From an uncultured virus (IMG/VR IMGVR_UViG_3300028809_000684) (lineage: Duplodnaviria; Heunggongvirae; Uroviricota; Caudoviricetes): DNA of 64,000 nucleotides. Each line of letters opens with the position of its first letter. Positions within the stretch are counted from its first letter, which is position 1. Positions 38,304 through 48,936 of the stretch are shown in pieces. A program made the position numbers and the translations under genes. The DNA lies in IMG/VR virus record IMGVR_UViG_3300028809_000684; one strand, given 5' to 3'. The notes beneath the pieces were generated by a model. That model made no database searches, was not told the DNA's origin, and worked only from the letters and a program-made list of their open reading frames with translations.

Positions 38304-38720
38304 TCACTCCACTACCTCGTCACCCTGGAAGGCGTGCGGGAATTCGTGGAAGCCGAGCACCTTCCGCTCGCCGGCCACTCGCTTCTCCAGCCGCCACTGC
38401 GCCAGGTTGGCGACATTGGCACTGCGGTGGGCGATGAGCCCGTACCGGCGGTCCCGGTCCCACACCTCTTTGACGACCTTAGAGATCAGGTGCGGTGGCT
38501 TGTCGTACCGCTTCGGACGAAAGACTCCCAGGATCGGGCCATAGACGACTGGCAACCAGCCATCCTTCTCGGCCCAATCCCAGAGATCCTTCAGAGCCAT
38601 GTCCACTTCAAGCTGATCTTGCTCGTGGAAGGCTCGAAGAAGACGTTCAAGGCAAAGCAATGGATCCAGGTCACGCCTCCTTTCCGTTGATGCCACGCAG
38701 GATCTGGAACTGGTCCCCAA
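38304..38720 (-). CDS. LW-x-A..LPV..G-IxG paralogue family member
   Basis: Similar to 58440-58883 and 58880-59392; start uncertain. Confidence 0.6.
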   Translation of the reverse strand: MGTSSRSCVASTERRRDLDPLLCLERLLRAFHEQDQLEVDMALKDLWDWAEKDGWLPVVYGPILGVFRPKRYDKPPHLISKVVKEVWDRDRRYGLIAHRSANVANLAQWRLEKRVAGERKVLGFHEFPHAFQGDEVVE

Positions 38721-39620
38721 TCAGGAACTGCATACCGTCCCGCTTCTCGTTGAAGATCCGATGTCCGGCACACTGTGGTTCGCGGCAGTACTTCAGCAGC
38801 TCCTGTTCGAATGCGGCGGGGATCACGATAAAGTTTGCCCGAGCGCCCACGAACTGACCGCGGGAGTGCTGGATTGCCTCGCCGATCGAGTCTCGGGTGT
38901 AGATGTTCCGCCACACCTGCAGGTCGATGTGGTCGAGACTGGCCGTCTGAGCCGACAGCAGATCGAACTTCGCGCCGACCAGAACCTGGAGGCCGTAGAT
39001 CGACCTTGTGTAGTCCCGATCGGTGGGCAGCGGAACGACGCCTTGCGGATTGTCGTTCCAAAGGTACATCGTCTGCCACATGTCGGGCGGGGCGATGAGG
39101 TGGGTCACCCGACGCTTCATCGGGCGAAAGAGCCGGTCGAGCTCCTGGATCGCCGGGGACAGCTCCTCCGGCGTCTCGGGATACTCACCGTTCAGGAACT
39201 TCGGAGCTTCGAAGTGGGTCATGAGTTGCCTCGGGATGGGCGTCGACCTTCAGGTAGAAGAAATCGACGTCGTGGAATTCGAGATAGACCCGGGCCTGCT
39301 GGAAATCCTGCCCGAGAGCGAAGGCAAGATGCTGGACGGCGGCGCGGAAGTTATGCCAGGTGTCACCGAGCTTCCAGATCTCTGGATTACGAACACCAGT
39401 GATGACGAAGACAGGCTCGCCGTCCTCGGGACAGCCGCGGGCCATCTCGTAGAGGGCATTTCCAAGCATGACAACACAGCTGACTGCATTGCCCCACTTG
39501 TCGCGAATGTGGAGGTTGTGCCTGTCGATCGCGTGCTGAAGGAGCCGACGATCATTCATCGGCACTTCGCCCTGAAGCTGTTTGTAACCCGGCTGGATGC
39601 CAAGAGTGATGCGGAAGGCT

Positions 39621-40079
39621 TCAGTCTTCATCTTCAGCTCCGAAGTGGAGAGCGTCCTTCAAGCGGACTTCCGGGTTGTCCGGAGCCGCAGAGCACTCGT
39701 CATTCGCCTGGAACGCCGTCAGGTTCGGCGTCCCACAGTAGACGCACTGCCCCAGGAAGTCCTGACCCTTCGGGCTCGTGCGTTCGAGAACATGCGTTGC
39801 CATGAGGTTCCTCAGGAATGTATCGCCGAGGGGAGCATTCACCGCTGCAAAACCCAAGCGGCGAGCGAGACACGCGCTGAGCTGGACTGTGTCGTAGAAC
39901 GGCCTTGTCTTCGACAACTCGATGACGTAGACCGGCCCGCGAATAATCCCATTCGGTATAGGCCCCGCAAACGGAATAGTGAGCCCTGCGTACGGTGCGA
40001 AGTACTGAGTGGCCGGCCGAGCTCCCAAGGCAGCGGCAAAGCCACCCAGGAGTCGGCCGAAGAAGGTTCTGCGTTTCAC
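39621..40079 (-). CDS. Protein with a twin-arginine signal
   Basis: MKRRTFFGRLLGGFAAALG. Confidence 0.6.
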   Translation of the reverse strand: MKRRTFFGRLLGGFAAALGARPATQYFAPYAGLTIPFAGPIPNGIIRGPVYVIELSKTRPFYDTVQLSACLARRLGFAAVNAPLGDTFLRNLMATHVLERTSPKGQDFLGQCVYCGTPNLTAFQANDECSAAPDNPEVRLKDALHFGAEDED

Positions 40080-40588
40080 GAGTCGTCCTCGTCTTCGTCG
40101 GGCGCAAATTCGATCTCGACGTCGAGATGGTGTTGGAGCTTAGCCAGATCCGCATCCGAAACAAACCGAAGCGCGATCTGAAAGGCTTGCTGCAGATCAC
40201 CGATCTCGTGATCCGGTTCAGACTCCTCGCCGTGCCGCTGAGCACGGTCGATCATCTGCTGATAGATTTCGTCGCGAGACACTGTTGGCTCCTGCCCCGG
40301 GCTGGGCATTTCATAAATCCGCGTCGGCGGAAGGATCTGAAGCTGGCCGAGAGCCCCAGGATTCCGAAGAAGCCCAGTGATCTTCTCGCAGTCGGCCGGC
40401 GACAGCCGATTCATCGTGAGCACCGATTGCCGCTCCATCGAGCTGTAGTCGGCGAGCCGGAACGGCATGGCTCCGGACATCGGCGGCATGTCATAGAGCG
40501 GAGACGGCGCCGAAGCCGCCACTTTACCGAGACCGAGCATCGAGGCGACACCGCCCACAACCCGGCCGAAGAAAGTTCTACGTTCCAT
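40076..40588 (-). CDS. Protein with a twin-arginine signal
   Basis: MERRTFFGRVVGGVASMLG. Confidence 0.6.
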   Translation of the reverse strand: MERRTFFGRVVGGVASMLGLGKVAASAPSPLYDMPPMSGAMPFRLADYSSMERQSVLTMNRLSPADCEKITGLLRNPGALGQLQILPPTRIYEMPSPGQEPTVSRDEIYQQMIDRAQRHGEESEPDHEIGDLQQAFQIALRFVSDADLAKLQHHLDVEIEFAPDEDEDDS

Positions 40589-40595
40589 GTAGCAC

Positions 40596-41066
40596 CTAGA
40601 CTCCCTTTGCTTTGAGCAGAGCGAGGACGGCGTCCATTCCAGTCCGCCAGTCCTCCGGGCTGTCTGTATACCGGGTCACGTGGACGTTTGGAATCTCATT
40701 GCGCAACCAGAGCTCCTCGCACCGCGAGCGCGTCGCGGCAGGGATCAGCAGCGAATGGCGCACATCACACAGAGCGGATTCGATGTCACCACTTCGAAGG
40801 TAATCCAGCGCCTGAAGAATTCGTGCGAATTCAGGCGTCATGTGGTGCGGATAGGTGGTTCGCTCAAGCGGCACTTCGCCGGTCTGAGCCATGACCGCCC
40901 CGCCCAAGCAGACCAGACACACACCCTCCGCCGGGTGGTGCCAGCTGCTCATGTCGATTTCGTAGCGAGGATCCTGCTCGCATTTGCGTAGGTCCTCAAG
41001 GGCAAGCTCCAGCCACTCGGACAAAGCCCGGGGCTGGAGCTGATCAACAGCAGCAAATTCCGACAT
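40596..41066 (-). CDS. CxxCLAG paralogue family member
   Basis: LSEWLELALEDL...CLVCLGGAVM...QALDYLRSG. Confidence 0.75.
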   Translation of the reverse strand: MSEFAAVDQLQPRALSEWLELALEDLRKCEQDPRYEIDMSSWHHPAEGVCLVCLGGAVMAQTGEVPLERTTYPHHMTPEFARILQALDYLRSGDIESALCDVRHSLLIPAATRSRCEELWLRNEIPNVHVTRYTDSPEDWRTGMDAVLALLKAKGV

Positions 41067-41340
41067 AGACTCCTTCAGCAGGGCTCGCCCCGCGCTGGTG
41101 GGACCATTTCAAAGAGCACCTGAACGAGCTGCTGCTCACTCAGGATCTCCGGATGCTGTCGCGCAGCCGCGATCAATCGCACCACAGCCACCGGGCCGTC
41201 CATACCACGAATGCTGTCGGCCAAATCGTAAAGCGACGTCGTGTCTGCGTTCGGAAAGGAGCGGTAGTTCGAAAACGACTCCTTGGCGTTGAGAATCAGC
41301 GTCGAGAGACCGTTCATTGTTCAATACCCGCGGATTGAGT

Positions 41341-41676
41341 TCAGAGCATCTTCGCGGCCAAGAGCAGCGTCAGCAGGTGGAACGCATTGTCCACCACGAT
41401 GCTGCTCCAAGGCCCCATGTTGTCACGGAAGCCGGCCTGGCCGGCATGCCCCATGTACCAGTGGATAAACTGGCTGCGGTCGATCGCAAAGTGCGTCGCG
41501 AACAGCCAGAAAAGCGGCAGCAACGACCAGCAGCCACTGCAGGTCGCCACCGCCAGGGTCCAGACAAGGCAATGCACCGCACAGGGCAGTGACGCCTTCT
41601 TCTTGTTGAGGGCCATCCAGTGGTTCTGGAGCAGATAGTCCCCAACCATGTGGCCGACAATCATCTCGGCAAGCAT
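41341..41676 (-). CDS. DUF3307-like membrane protein
   Basis: GHMVGDYLLQ, HC.VW, THFAID and VDNAFH motifs. Confidence 0.8.
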   Translation of the reverse strand: MLAEMIVGHMVGDYLLQNHWMALNKKKASLPCAVHCLVWTLAVATCSGCWSLLPLFWLFATHFAIDRSQFIHWYMGHAGQAGFRDNMGPWSSIVVDNAFHLLTLLLAAKML

Positions 41677-42167
41677 TACAACTCCACCTCTTTCAGTTTG
41701 TCGGCGACGGCCTGGATGTAGGCAAAGAACTCAGCGTTCGAATCATTGCGGCTGTAAACCCACTCGACAGCGTCCGGCAGGCTAACAGGCCAACCAGAAA
41801 AACCGAGTGGACTCATCTTTTTGCGATCTGCCTCAGGAATGTAGCCGACTGCGTCCTGAGCGTAGATGAGCGAGGTCTGGATGTGGCCACCACGGACAGC
41901 GTCGATTGCCTGGAGCAGATTTCGCTCAAACTGCGTGAGGCTGTGGAACTCGTCCGCGAACCGGCTTGTCGGGTTGTGCCCGGCACCGGCCAGCACAGAG
42001 CCAGCCAGGCAGACGCGGCAGACACCCGGACGGGTGTAGTGCTGTTTGAGAAAGCAGGTCATATCGACCTCAAAGACTGGGTCCAGTTCGACCCGCTTGA
42101 GATCAGCAATAGCGAGTTCAAGCCACGCGGAGAACTTCCGCGGGCTCATGTCGTGGGCTGGCGTCAT
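41676..42167 (-). CDS. CxxCLAG paralogue family member
   Basis: HDMSPRKFSAWLELAIADL...CRVCLAGSVL. Confidence 0.75.
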   Translation of the reverse strand: MTPAHDMSPRKFSAWLELAIADLKRVELDPVFEVDMTCFLKQHYTRPGVCRVCLAGSVLAGAGHNPTSRFADEFHSLTQFERNLLQAIDAVRGGHIQTSLIYAQDAVGYIPEADRKKMSPLGFSGWPVSLPDAVEWVYSRNDSNAEFFAYIQAVADKLKEVEL

Positions 42168-42733
42168 ATCCCAAGCTCTTTCAGCTTAGCGACCACCCGA
42201 TCCATGCCGTCGTAGAACGGCTGTTGGTCCGAAGCCGATTTCTTGTGCTCCCAGTAGCCGATTTCCAAAGAGCAGTCGTCGCCGGCAAAGCGAAGCTCAG
42301 CAATTCTCGGCCGCACAGCAGCGTCAATGAACCGGTTTTCGCTACCCAGCTCATCAAGTGCCGCGTCGATGTTGCCGTTCCGTAGCTGGTTGATCGCTTG
42401 CAGCAGCTCTTGGCTATCGGCACTGAGGTAGTTGAAGACATCTCGTTCAAAGGTCGTGGAGACGCCGGCGCCGGCCAGGACAGAGCCAGCCAGGCACATT
42501 TGGCATTGCGGAGTCAAATAATCCTCATGGCGGTGATGCGGATTGACTCTCGACTGCACGTAGAACACACCCATGTTCACTACGAACCCGGGCGTGACGG
42601 CGAACCGTCGAAGGTCCGCAACGGCAAGTTCGAGCCACGCGGAGAGGGACCGCGGACTCATGTCGTGTACGATCTGCTCCTCTTTGAATTCGAGAAGAGA
42701 TCCCAGCAGCGTCTTCGTGTCAGGCTCAGTCAC
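42164..42733 (-). CDS. CxxCLAG paralogue family member
   Basis: HDMSPRSLSAWLELAVADL...CQMCLAGSVL. Confidence 0.75.
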   Translation of the reverse strand: MTEPDTKTLLGSLLEFKEEQIVHDMSPRSLSAWLELAVADLRRFAVTPGFVVNMGVFYVQSRVNPHHRHEDYLTPQCQMCLAGSVLAGAGVSTTFERDVFNYLSADSQELLQAINQLRNGNIDAALDELGSENRFIDAAVRPRIAELRFAGDDCSLEIGYWEHKKSASDQQPFYDGMDRVVAKLKELGI

Positions 42734-43263
42734 AGCCCAAGACCTTTCAGTTCGAGAAGAACAGAGTGGATGTCTTCGAAGAACGGTTCGTTGTCGGGAT
42801 CGTTCAGCTCCCAACTCGCCATCTCGTCTTCGAAGTTCGGTAGACGAGACCCCTCGTCGAGCAGCTCACGGATCCGCTTCCAGTCGCTCTCGACGATGTA
42901 GCGGTTCTCGTCCTTGCTAAGCATGAGGTTGTAGAGAGCGCCCGCGATGCGACCACGTCGCAGCTTATCGATCGCGAACAGGAGGCCAGCGAGGTCCGCG
43001 TCGCCGCGGGTGATGTTTTCCATCGTGCCAGCCGGCGTCCAGTGATCCAATCCGGCTCCGACGAGAATGGAACCGGCCAAGCACACGTAGCACGTGTCCG
43101 TGTGGAGCGTCGCCAGGAAGTAATCCATGTGCGGCGTGTATCTGGGGTCCTGCATGACCAGCTTCAGGTCCTGCACCGCCAGTTCGAGCCACTCGGAGAG
43201 TTTCCGAGGGCTCATGTCGTGCTGTTTAAGTGCGGTTTCCATCGCTACTTTCTGCGGCGTCAC
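42730..43263 (-). CDS. CxxCLAG paralogue family member
   Basis: HDMSPRKLSEWLELAVQDL...CYVCLAGSIL. Confidence 0.75.
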   Translation of the reverse strand: MTPQKVAMETALKQHDMSPRKLSEWLELAVQDLKLVMQDPRYTPHMDYFLATLHTDTCYVCLAGSILVGAGLDHWTPAGTMENITRGDADLAGLLFAIDKLRRGRIAGALYNLMLSKDENRYIVESDWKRIRELLDEGSRLPNFEDEMASWELNDPDNEPFFEDIHSVLLELKGLGL

Positions 43264-44521
43264 AAGATGCCTTTCCGCGCTTTGAGCGCCTTGAGCTCAT
43301 CCCAAATCAGACCGAGCCGGCCGCGGTACTGCGCTCCGTAGAACGTGACCAGGGCATACCCGGGCATCGCTGTCGGCACGCCAAGGATGCCGGGCTCGGT
43401 CGTTTCGATGTTGAGGCCGGGCCAGGTCTGAACGACCTCCCGAAGATGAGGGATGTCCGCGATCTTGACGTTCTGATCGCACACCCACTGTGCGTTCCCG
43501 GTCCGCATCTTTGCTTCGTAGGCCAGAAACTTTTCATGCCAGTCATCGAAGCCCGGCACCTGCAGCTTGAGCATGTCAGATCCCCGTAATTTCGTCGTCG
43601 AACTCGTCAAACGCGTAGAGCAGCTTGATCGCCCAGTACATGGCAAGCAGCGTCAGTAGCACAACCTGCGAGAGCGGCTTCACGTGAAAGGCAGTCCACA
43701 TCAGAGCCACGAAGGTGCCGCCCATCATGATGATGTGGACCCACAGCAGGAAGCGTTTCATCGCAGCCCTTTCCAGCGGTCGCGAGATCGGAGCTTGCGT
43801 CGCTCCTTTCGCTGGGTTTTCTTCTTGGCCCTCAGCCTCTGCAGATCCTCGCCAGTCGGCTTGACGTGGTAGCCGTTGTGGTGGCTACCCCAGGCCGCAA
43901 CGATCGCCTGCAGGGTGTCGTGAGGCTTAATCTTGATATCCCAGCTCACGAAGCTCCTCCTTGGCCTGCTTGCCAACTCCGATACGGAGGTGGTGCATGA
44001 AGACCGGCTGGCCCGGTGCTTCCAGCGGCGAGCGCATCCATGCGCCAGGCAGAGCCATAGATTTCCCGATCGAGCGACCGATCCGAAGAACAATGGATCG
44101 TTCCTCGTAATACGCAGCCGGCAGGTCAGTGTAGGGCGGTGCTGTAAAGCGATGAGCCTCCAACAGCATATTCTCCAGCGTCGTGACGTGGTCAAACGAC
44201 GCTGGATTGGTTGCAGGTCTCAAGGCGTTCCTTTCTCTGGCTCTTCAACCAGCGTCACTTCCCAGAAGTAGTAGAGCGCGTCAACCGCCTCACCATCCTT
44301 GCCGGCAGAGCGGACACGAACCATCTCCGGATAGACTTCACGCACATAGCCAGGCAAACCGGCCTTTGGCTGCACCCGCTTGCCCTTCCACTGGGTTTCG
44401 AGGTCCTGCATCCGGGCGTTGTAGGCTTCGTTGGCCTCCCGGGTCTGGATCACAAGGTGAGCCAGCCCGTACAAAACGGCACCGCCGAAAACGGCGGTCA
44501 GGACGCCACTCCAGAACTTGT

Positions 44522-45178
44522 TCATTCCCTTGCCTCTCCCGTGTAGGTCTTGCCACACGCCCGCGACCAGCCGTCCGGAATGTCCGGCTCAAAGACGGTG
44601 CCAAACTTAACCTTTCGGCAGCCACAAGCCCAGATCGTCCCCTTCGGACTGATCAGCATGTCCTCGCAACAGCACCAGTCGTCGTTTGACTGGATGCCGT
44701 TCTTGAGAGCCGAGCCGTGAGGAGTGATGATCGTGTTCGACCGCACACCCTCGTGGTTCTTCCGGCGTTGCAGGTCGCGAAACGCGACAACGACAGCCTT
44801 GTCGATCGGGTCGTGCCACTCGTCTTGCGAGAGCACAGCCTCCAGCTTTCCTTCAGCGCACAGTCGAGCCAGCCGGAGAGCCGTCTTCGTCTGTGAGCCG
44901 TTGGTGATGATCAGCAGCGGGATACCGCTGTTGGAGAGCATCACTTCCTCACGGCGGTCCCACTCGTGGTACTCCAGCGCCCGCGTGACGAACGGCCAGA
45001 ATTCCGGATGAAGCGTCGGTTCACCGCCACCGAGGCAGAAGTGATCACCGCGGTCGTGCGTGAGGCCCAGCGCCCGCAGAAAGACCTCACGTGACATGTC
45101 GACACCGATGCCCGGTCTGCAGCTGAAACAGCAGTGGGCACAGGCCATATCGCAGCGTGTCGTGATCTGGATGTAGAT
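44522..45178 (-). CDS. Radical SAM protein (probable non-canonical start)
   Basis: IYIQITTRCDMACAHC (CxxxCxxC), GGGEPTLHP, TNGS, SQDEWH; SPASM/twitch-like tail. Confidence 0.85.
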   Translation of the reverse strand: MYIQITTRCDMACAHCCFSCRPGIGVDMSREVFLRALGLTHDRGDHFCLGGGEPTLHPEFWPFVTRALEYHEWDRREEVMLSNSGIPLLIITNGSQTKTALRLARLCAEGKLEAVLSQDEWHDPIDKAVVVAFRDLQRRKNHEGVRSNTIITPHGSALKNGIQSNDDWCCCEDMLISPKGTIWACGCRKVKFGTVFEPDIPDGWSRACGKTYTGEARE

Positions 45179-47070
45179 GACTACCCTCCGGCGTGAGCGA
45201 ACTCAGGCGCGCTCTCGGCGAAGTCCTCCACAGTGCACAGCTCAACGAGCGACGTCGGGCTAACCGAGATCAGGTCGCCAGTCGGCGAAGCGCCGTAAAC
45301 GAGCCGCGGGTTGAGCCCGTGATGCTGCACGGACTTTGCGCTCAGTCGGAGATGGACCTTGCCACCGCTCCGCTTCCGGAAGTACTGCCCTTCGGCAATG
45401 ACCTCCGCGTCAACGATCAGTCTCATTTCGACTCCAGGATTTGAGGATCGAACGAGCTCATCTCCCAGTAGGCGAGAGGATCGAGATCGTCCCAGGCTTG
45501 ATGTGGCAGATCGCTGAACTGAGGCGAGAATCTCGCTCGCCAGGACGCAGCAAATTGCCGGACATAGATACGTCTGACATTGACGACCCGGATCCGCGGC
45601 ACAGGTTCGCTCGGATCCTTCCGACCGAGGCAGATGCAGTAATCGACCTCAGTCATCCGCCGGCTCTCCCCCATCCGGATCCGGATTGGGCCTGTTGTGC
45701 CGGCTAGTCTGGTCGACCGTGAAGACTCCAGTCGCCGCGAGAACGCCCTGGATCCAACCCAGCCAACGGAAGGCTTTGTCGATCCGGTTGTCCCGCACAA
45801 ACCCGATGATCCCGTCGCAGACGTAGATCAGGTGGTTGTGCTGCTGCTCGTCAGTCCACAGGCTCCAATCCAGTTCGACTGGACCGCGGACCGGCTCGCC
45901 CTTGAGCAGCTTTCGGTAGAGCTGCGCCACCTCAATGATCTTTTCGTTCGTCACACTGTGCCTTTCAAATGCTCCAGTACTGCGGAGGGTCGTCGTTCCG
46001 TCCCCAGAAGAGGATGATCAGAACAACGATCCCAACCGCGACATAGAAACGCCAGTCGCTCGCAGCATCTTGCATGGGATCCTTCCCAAGTCAGCGGCGT
46101 CTGGATCTCACCCGGCGCCGGAGATCCTTCAGCTGTTCAGCCCGGTCATGAGCCGTGACCAGGCCTTTCTTCTTCCGCCAATTCTCTACGATCTGGCGAG
46201 CTGCATTCCACCATGCGGCCACCTCTTCTTGGCCGTAGATGCCTTTCGTCTGGCGGTGTGCGACCGGCGAGGGTAGTTCCGCGGCCGTCAACCGGCCCTG
46301 GTCTGACCCGTCGATCATGTCTCCGCACTGGATCACCAGCGCGGTGAAAGCCACCCGGGTTTTGAAGTCCGGGAAAGTCTCCCTCAGGAGATCGGGGAGC
46401 GACCTCGCGTTGGGGCGAGGCTCGACGTACGGGCAGAGCTTGGCGCCGGAGATCTCGGGGATCGGCCAAGCCTCCGCCCAGTTGACAGTCGGATCGAGCC
46501 GTGGCTTAGCCATCAGCAAACTCCTTGTCAGGCACTGATCGGCGCTTCGCAACGAGCGCACTTGGCGTCGCCTGGCACAACTGACGGCGACAGATCCTTG
46601 TAGTCGTGGGCGTGGCCAGGACTGAATGGGAGCGTTGCCCCGAAACGGCAATCCGCGCTGCAGAAGTACCAGACGACGCCGGATGGCTCCGGATCCCGAT
46701 CACTGTTGGGGTTCTTGAACATCCAGTCCTGCCACGGAACTTCGCCCCGCGAGGCATGCTGACTCGGGGTGAGCACGCTGCCATTGTCGTCAATGGCGAA
46801 CGCCTCTTCGAGATCCCACTGAATCGAGTTGTTCGGTGCGTCTCGATAGCTCCAGAGGCAGATGACTGCCTCGACCGGCCGCTTTTCTTTAGCCATCAGC
46901 TTCCTCTGCCGCAGCATAGATGCTCTCCTCGGGCTGGCGTCGCTCCGCGAACAGAGCATAGCCGTACCAAGTACCGGACGCGAAACAGAACATGGCGAGC
47001 AGACAGATGCCTGAGAACAAACTGATTCCGCAGACGTCCTCCAGATAGAGCCACGCCCGAATGACGGCCT

Positions 47071-47415
47071 TCAAGAGTTCGTCATCTGTCGTGATCGTGA
47101 ACTCTGTGAGCTGCACGGACGGTCCTCGCGAACGATGTTGTGGGGATAGGAGTAGTCGTGGTGCGTCCCGGTGCAGCGACCGGCGTCCACACTGTCAGTG
47201 GAACGATCGTAGCGATGGCGCTTATCGCTACAGATCAGCGTTTCGTAGCCCCTCGTGGTCGTGCGTCCGAGCACAGTGATCCACTTGCCGGCCTGAGTCA
47301 GATACTGCTGGCCGACAACGTACTTGAAGGGGCTCGGTGCGGCTGGCACAGCTCCGGGAAGAGCCAGCGCCGCCGTAAGCCCGGCAGTCTGTGCCAGAAA
47401 GGTTCGTCGCTTCAT
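47071..47415 (-). CDS. Protein with a twin-arginine signal
   Basis: MKRRTFLAQTAGLTAALALPG. Confidence 0.65.
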   Translation of the reverse strand: MKRRTFLAQTAGLTAALALPGAVPAAPSPFKYVVGQQYLTQAGKWITVLGRTTTRGYETLICSDKRHRYDRSTDSVDAGRCTGTHHDYSYPHNIVREDRPCSSQSSRSRQMTNS

Positions 47416-47427
47416 GGTGCTCCTGTT

Positions 47428-48012
47428 CTACTGGTAGTCGCCAGTGGTTCTGGGAATGGTCGCCTCGATCTGTCGCTCGCTCGCAAGGGCACGGTCGTGC
47501 ACTTCTTGAGTGACCTTTTTCTTCCCACGGCAAGTTGGACAAATCGGGTTGTGCGAATGGACCTCACCCGCTCCGCCACAGGATGGGCAGTCCGCCAACG
47601 CCTCGATTTTCTTTGGAACGTAGGCCGGCGGATTGCCGGACAGGCAGCAGGGCTCGCCGTCCTTATCGAGGTCGATGAAGCCCTTTGAATCGAGCTCCGA
47701 GTCCAGCTTGAGCAACGCGTCCCTGGCTGCTTGCTTCTGCTCTTTCGTGCCAGCAATTGGATCAACGCCGGCGATGAAGTACCGCGTCGGGATGTGCCGC
47801 AAGCGGTGCATCTCTTCACGAACGGCCTCTGTGATCGCTGCGACGGCTTCAGTCTCATTCGCCATCAAGGCGGCGATCAGACTGCCGTTCGGATCCGGCT
47901 TCAGTTTCAGAAGCTCCCGACACTCGGTGATGAGCGGGTCGAGCTCTTCGTCGCTGAGGTCCTCGTCGTACCACTCAACAAGGCGTCGAGCGATCTCTTG
48001 AGCTGTCAGCAT
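47428..48012 (-). CDS. Protein with a DnaJ-like CxxCxGxG zinc finger
   Basis: CPSCGGAG...CPTCRGKK. Confidence 0.6.
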   Translation of the reverse strand: MLTAQEIARRLVEWYDEDLSDEELDPLITECRELLKLKPDPNGSLIAALMANETEAVAAITEAVREEMHRLRHIPTRYFIAGVDPIAGTKEQKQAARDALLKLDSELDSKGFIDLDKDGEPCCLSGNPPAYVPKKIEALADCPSCGGAGEVHSHNPICPTCRGKKKVTQEVHDRALASERQIEATIPRTTGDYQ

Positions 48013-48573
48013 GTCAGAGTGCTCCTTTCCGAGTCCAGCCGTAAATGGCAAGCGCGATCAGCACCATTGCGATCCAGCCTGTCAGCAGACGCGACAGTGG
48101 ATCCAAGTCGCCCAGACCCACAACCAGGATGAAGCAACCAGCAATGGTGAGCTGACAGACAGCCAGGAATTGAAGGAAGGTCATGTCAAGGCTCCTTATG
48201 CCGGTTCGCCCGCCGCTTGTGGATCTCGGCCAAAGCACGCTCGGCTTGCGCCCGCTCTTCCGGATCCGGCGATTCGTTGATGATCAGACGCAGGGTCAGG
48301 GCATCTGTGTCGTCAAGGGCGTCCTGCAGCCAGGGGTCAAGGTCGTCGCTCATGGCTGCGGGATCAGCTCCTTGAGTTTCGCAAGCATCTCCGGCTTCGA
48401 CTTTGCCACGAAGAAGCCGTCACGTTCCTGCACGCCCCAGGTGTTCGGAGTCAACTGGCACATGTCGACCAGGAGAGTCCACGAGATGTCGTAGTACGGG
48501 ATGGGCACCAGCACCACATGAGTCAGCTGCCCGTCCCGAACGAAGTAGCTTCCGTCACCAAGGCTGACGTCGC

Positions 48574-48936
48574 TCACGGCTTCAGTCGCTCCTTGAAGGC
48601 CTCGACCTTCTTGTTGAACGCGGCCTCCTCACGACGAGCCGCGGCGTCACTGCTCCCCGTTCCCAGGAAGTCGAGGTAGCCGGCAGCCTCCTCCATGATG
48701 GCGAGGAAGTCCGTCAGCAGTGAGTGCTTGAACCAGCTGATGTCACCTGTGGTGAGCCCGCGGTGGGCATTCCAGCTGGTGACGAGCCGCTCGTAGACCT
48801 CTTTGGTGTCGGGGTTCGTGCGCAGCTCACTGTTTGCCCATCCGTTTGCAACGAGCTGACCCTCGGTCGTCTCAATGCACAGAGGGTTGTTGGGGTCGAT
48901 CCGTAGTTCGAGGTTGCGGAGGTCCTTGTCTCTCAT
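48574..48936 (-). CDS. ERLVxCWNA paralogue family member
   Basis: ERLVTSWNAHRGLT. Confidence 0.6.
   Translation of the reverse strand: MRDKDLRNLELRIDPNNPLCIETTEGQLVANGWANSELRTNPDTKEVYERLVTSWNAHRGLTTGDISWFKHSLLTDFLAIMEEAAGYLDFLGTGSSDAAARREEAAFNKKVEAFKERLKP

Noticed and set aside
41676..43263. Diversity-generating retroelement behind the tandem paralogues
   Set aside because: No reverse transcriptase and no template/variable repeat pair with adenine-specific differences was seen.
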